Of a DNA stretch of 64,000 bases, positions 61,956-64,000 are shown one piece after another. The position numbers were made by a program, and so were the translations under genes. Numbering within the stretch: the first letter of the stretch is position 1; every line of letters starts with the position of its first letter. Source of the stretch: a virus; IMG/VR virus record IMGVR_UViG_3300047310_000715; one strand, given 5' to 3'. A model generated the notes under the pieces. That model saw only the letters and a list, made by a program, of their open reading frames with translations. It was not told where the DNA came from and did not search any database.

Positions 61956-63778
61956 CGGTTCCGATCGTCGCCGCACAGGGTCCCCTGACGATCGCGGACC
62001 TTCAGGCGGTCTGGGAATCGTCGGTCGATAACCAGTTTTCCGCTTCGCTCTTCGAGAAGGGGGACGGGTCCGGGATCGAGGCATACGCGCAGACTTGGGC
62101 GATGCTGGAGCGTCTCTCGAGGGCCGTCGACGTCACGACGCAGGCCATGTACATCCTGCCGTGGAGCGGCCAGACATCAGATCCGGCCGCCGGCGAGAAG
62201 CGCGCGACCGTCACGCTCTCGGTCTCGCGGAGCGGGCTCCCCAATATCCCGCTGGTCCTGATGGCGGGTCCGTTTTTGGTCGGCGAAACCACGACCGATT
62301 GGGGCGCGACCCCGGGAGCAGAAGGCGAAGCCTTCGAGTCGGGGCGCCTCTATCACCTAACGAGCGCGTATTGCTTCGCGCCCGGCGATACCGCCGAAGT
62401 CGACCTCACGGCAGAAGCCGAACTCGTTGGGTGGGGATACAACAACCCGCTACCCGACACGCTTCGGGCGATCCGACAGATCGCGGCGAACTTCGCGAAT
62501 AACGACGCGACGGTCACGCCCCCCCTCGTACGCTGCGCCCAAAAACCCGACACATTCGTGCCGGATCACGTCGGCCAGTACCTTCGGTTCACGGCCGGGT
62601 CGAACGTCGGCCGCGTCGCAAGAGTCGTCGGGTACGCGAGGCCGGGTCCGACGGACGGGGGTGTTCTGTCGGTCGCGCGCGATATCGCGTTCGATGCGTC
62701 CGGGATTGGGAACTTCATCGAAGGCGAACCCGTAACCCAATTTGGTTCCGGCGCGACCGGCACGTTTCTCGGCGCGACCGCGACGTCGTTCGTCGTCCAG
62801 TGGACATCCGGAACCTTCACGGGAGCCGGTGTCATCACGGGCGCGACATCACTCGCGACAGCCGCGCCGAGCACGATTTCGTACGACTCCACCCTCACGC
62901 CGGAATCCGGCACGGCCGCTTGGGAGTTCGTTCCCTGGGGAGCCGGGGGCTGGGGAATCGAGACGACCAATCAGGAACAACCAACTGGTGGTCGCCTCGG
63001 GTTCCTTGATGCCCTCGGGCGCGAGCGTAACATTCACCGCGGACCAGCAGAAGGTGACTTTTCGTATCGCCGCAAGATCGCGGTTCCGTCGGATGTCGTC
63101 TCGCCAGGCGCGGTCATTAGAGCATTCAACCGCGTACTGGCGCCTGTCGGGATCCAGGGATGCCTGCGCGAAGCGGGGCTCGCGTCGCTCCCGGGGTTTT
63201 ATTACGACCGCCCGGACCTCGGGGACTGGTACGACATGGAGGCCGTGCTGATCGACGGAGCCGTTGCGGCTCCAAACTTCAACTTCTTCGAAGGCGAACG
63301 AATCGAACAGCGGGATCCTACGACCGGGATCACGGCGGTCGGGAAGGCGATTCTTGCGTTTCAGGTATCGGGAGTCGGTCCCGTTACGCCTCGGTTCCTC
63401 GAATCGATCGCGGTCGTTCAGGGAACGTTCGTCAATACACTGCCGCTTCACGGAACCGTCAGCGGCCAAGTCTACACGCCTCCTTCGACGCTTTCGGGTG
63501 GGCCCGACCATACCCTCCGGTACCGGTATCTGTTCAGTTTCTTGGAGATGCGGGCTTTTTTCCTCGTTACGGTCCAGGGGGTCAATTACGGCGAATTTGG
63601 GTTCGCGTACGACTCGGGGACCAGCAACGCATACGACTCGTCGCCAGCCGTCACGTTCTACGACGGCTATCCGGCCTCCGCGGGTAACTTTTACCAAACG
63701 GTCTGGCAGGTAATCGACACCGTGCGGGCCGGTGGGGTCGGGTTCGATCTTGTTCGTGACGACCTAGGTTGCCCGTAA
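61952..63778 (+). CDS. Baseplate wedge (gpI-like) protein with insertions
   Basis: ATGA overlap with J; LDALGRER..R..E.D..YRRKI; RAGGVGF C-terminus. Confidence 0.7.
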   Translation: MTVPIVAAQGPLTIADLQAVWESSVDNQFSASLFEKGDGSGIEAYAQTWAMLERLSRAVDVTTQAMYILPWSGQTSDPAAGEKRATVTLSVSRSGLPNIPLVLMAGPFLVGETTTDWGATPGAEGEAFESGRLYHLTSAYCFAPGDTAEVDLTAEAELVGWGYNNPLPDTLRAIRQIAANFANNDATVTPPLVRCAQKPDTFVPDHVGQYLRFTAGSNVGRVARVVGYARPGPTDGGVLSVARDIAFDASGIGNFIEGEPVTQFGSGATGTFLGATATSFVVQWTSGTFTGAGVITGATSLATAAPSTISYDSTLTPESGTAAWEFVPWGAGGWGIETTNQEQPTGGRLGFLDALGRERNIHRGPAEGDFSYRRKIAVPSDVVSPGAVIRAFNRVLAPVGIQGCLREAGLASLPGFYYDRPDLGDWYDMEAVLIDGAVAAPNFNFFEGERIEQRDPTTGITAVGKAILAFQVSGVGPVTPRFLESIAVVQGTFVNTLPLHGTVSGQVYTPPSTLSGGPDHTLRYRYLFSFLEMRAFFLVTVQGVNYGEFGFAYDSGTSNAYDSSPAVTFYDGYPASAGNFYQTVWQVIDTVRAGGVGFDLVRDDLGCP

Positions 63779-63803
63779 CGATCCTACCGCGGTACCCTCC
63801 CGC

Positions 63804-64000
63804 ATGAGCGCGAGCGGACGGAAGACTGAGATCTATAACCCGCGCGAACGCGCACTGTCGTCTGACCTGAACCGGATGCAGGCCTTCCAGGGGATGGACC
63901 TTTCGTCGATCCTCGCGTACCTGCTCGACTACCAGGGGGACTTTTCGAACTCGAACGGGGCTGGTTCCGTCGGGGCCGCCAGTACGAGTCCGATGAGGGC
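63804..64000 (+). CDS. Baseplate/fibre protein, 3' partial
   Basis: ATG 63804; frame open to window end (MSASGRKTEIYNPRERALSSDLNRMQ). Confidence 0.6.
   Translation, partial: MSASGRKTEIYNPRERALSSDLNRMQAFQGMDLSSILAYLLDYQGDFSNSNGAGSVGAASTSPMR

Larger units (their letters stand above)
1..64000 (+). mobile_element. Segment of a tailed dsDNA phage genome with contractile tail
   Basis: Portal, head morphogenesis, capsid, sheath, tube, tape measure and baseplate J in canonical order; dense small accessory ORFs; no host housekeeping operons. Confidence 0.95.

Noticed and set aside
1-64000. Integrase/att site, terminase, DGR reverse transcriptase, introns or inteins
   Set aside because: No tyrosine/serine recombinase, terL Walker motifs, RT motifs or intein/intron signatures were recognised in any ORF.

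Overview
The whole window is a high-GC segment of a tailed dsDNA phage genome with a contractile tail (myovirus-like). The host is unknown; a myxobacterial or other GC-rich Gram-negative host is only inferred. About 1-31 kb is a dense run of small, mostly + strand accessory genes, including an Orn-like exonuclease, Dam methylase, Nudix, GT-A glycosyltransferase-like protein, sigma70/RpoH-like sigma factor, DUF932, beta-clamp-like protein, GNAT, endolysin, RHH regulator, three zincin-like proteins, metallophosphoesterase and ParB-like domain. About 31-39 kb is a fibre/spike module. About 39-64 kb runs portal, head, neck, sheath, tube, chaperone (-1 frameshift), tape measure and baseplate. No terminase, integrase, tRNA or CRISPR array was recognised. 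Two unexplained DNA motif systems stand out. (1) A 20-bp GC-rich perfect palindrome, ACCGCGCCGCGCGGCGCGGT, occurs 10 times across 3.4-55.5 kb, both inside ORFs (all three frames) and next to start/stop codons. (2) Five promoter cassettes have a TAGACA -35 inside tandem 10-bp palindromes (TGTCTAGACA), a 16-bp spacer, a TAnnnT -10 and an ATG 6-7 nt later, which implies leaderless mRNAs; a small ribbon-helix-helix gene lies between two of these boxes. All product calls come from reading motifs by eye; no database searches were run.
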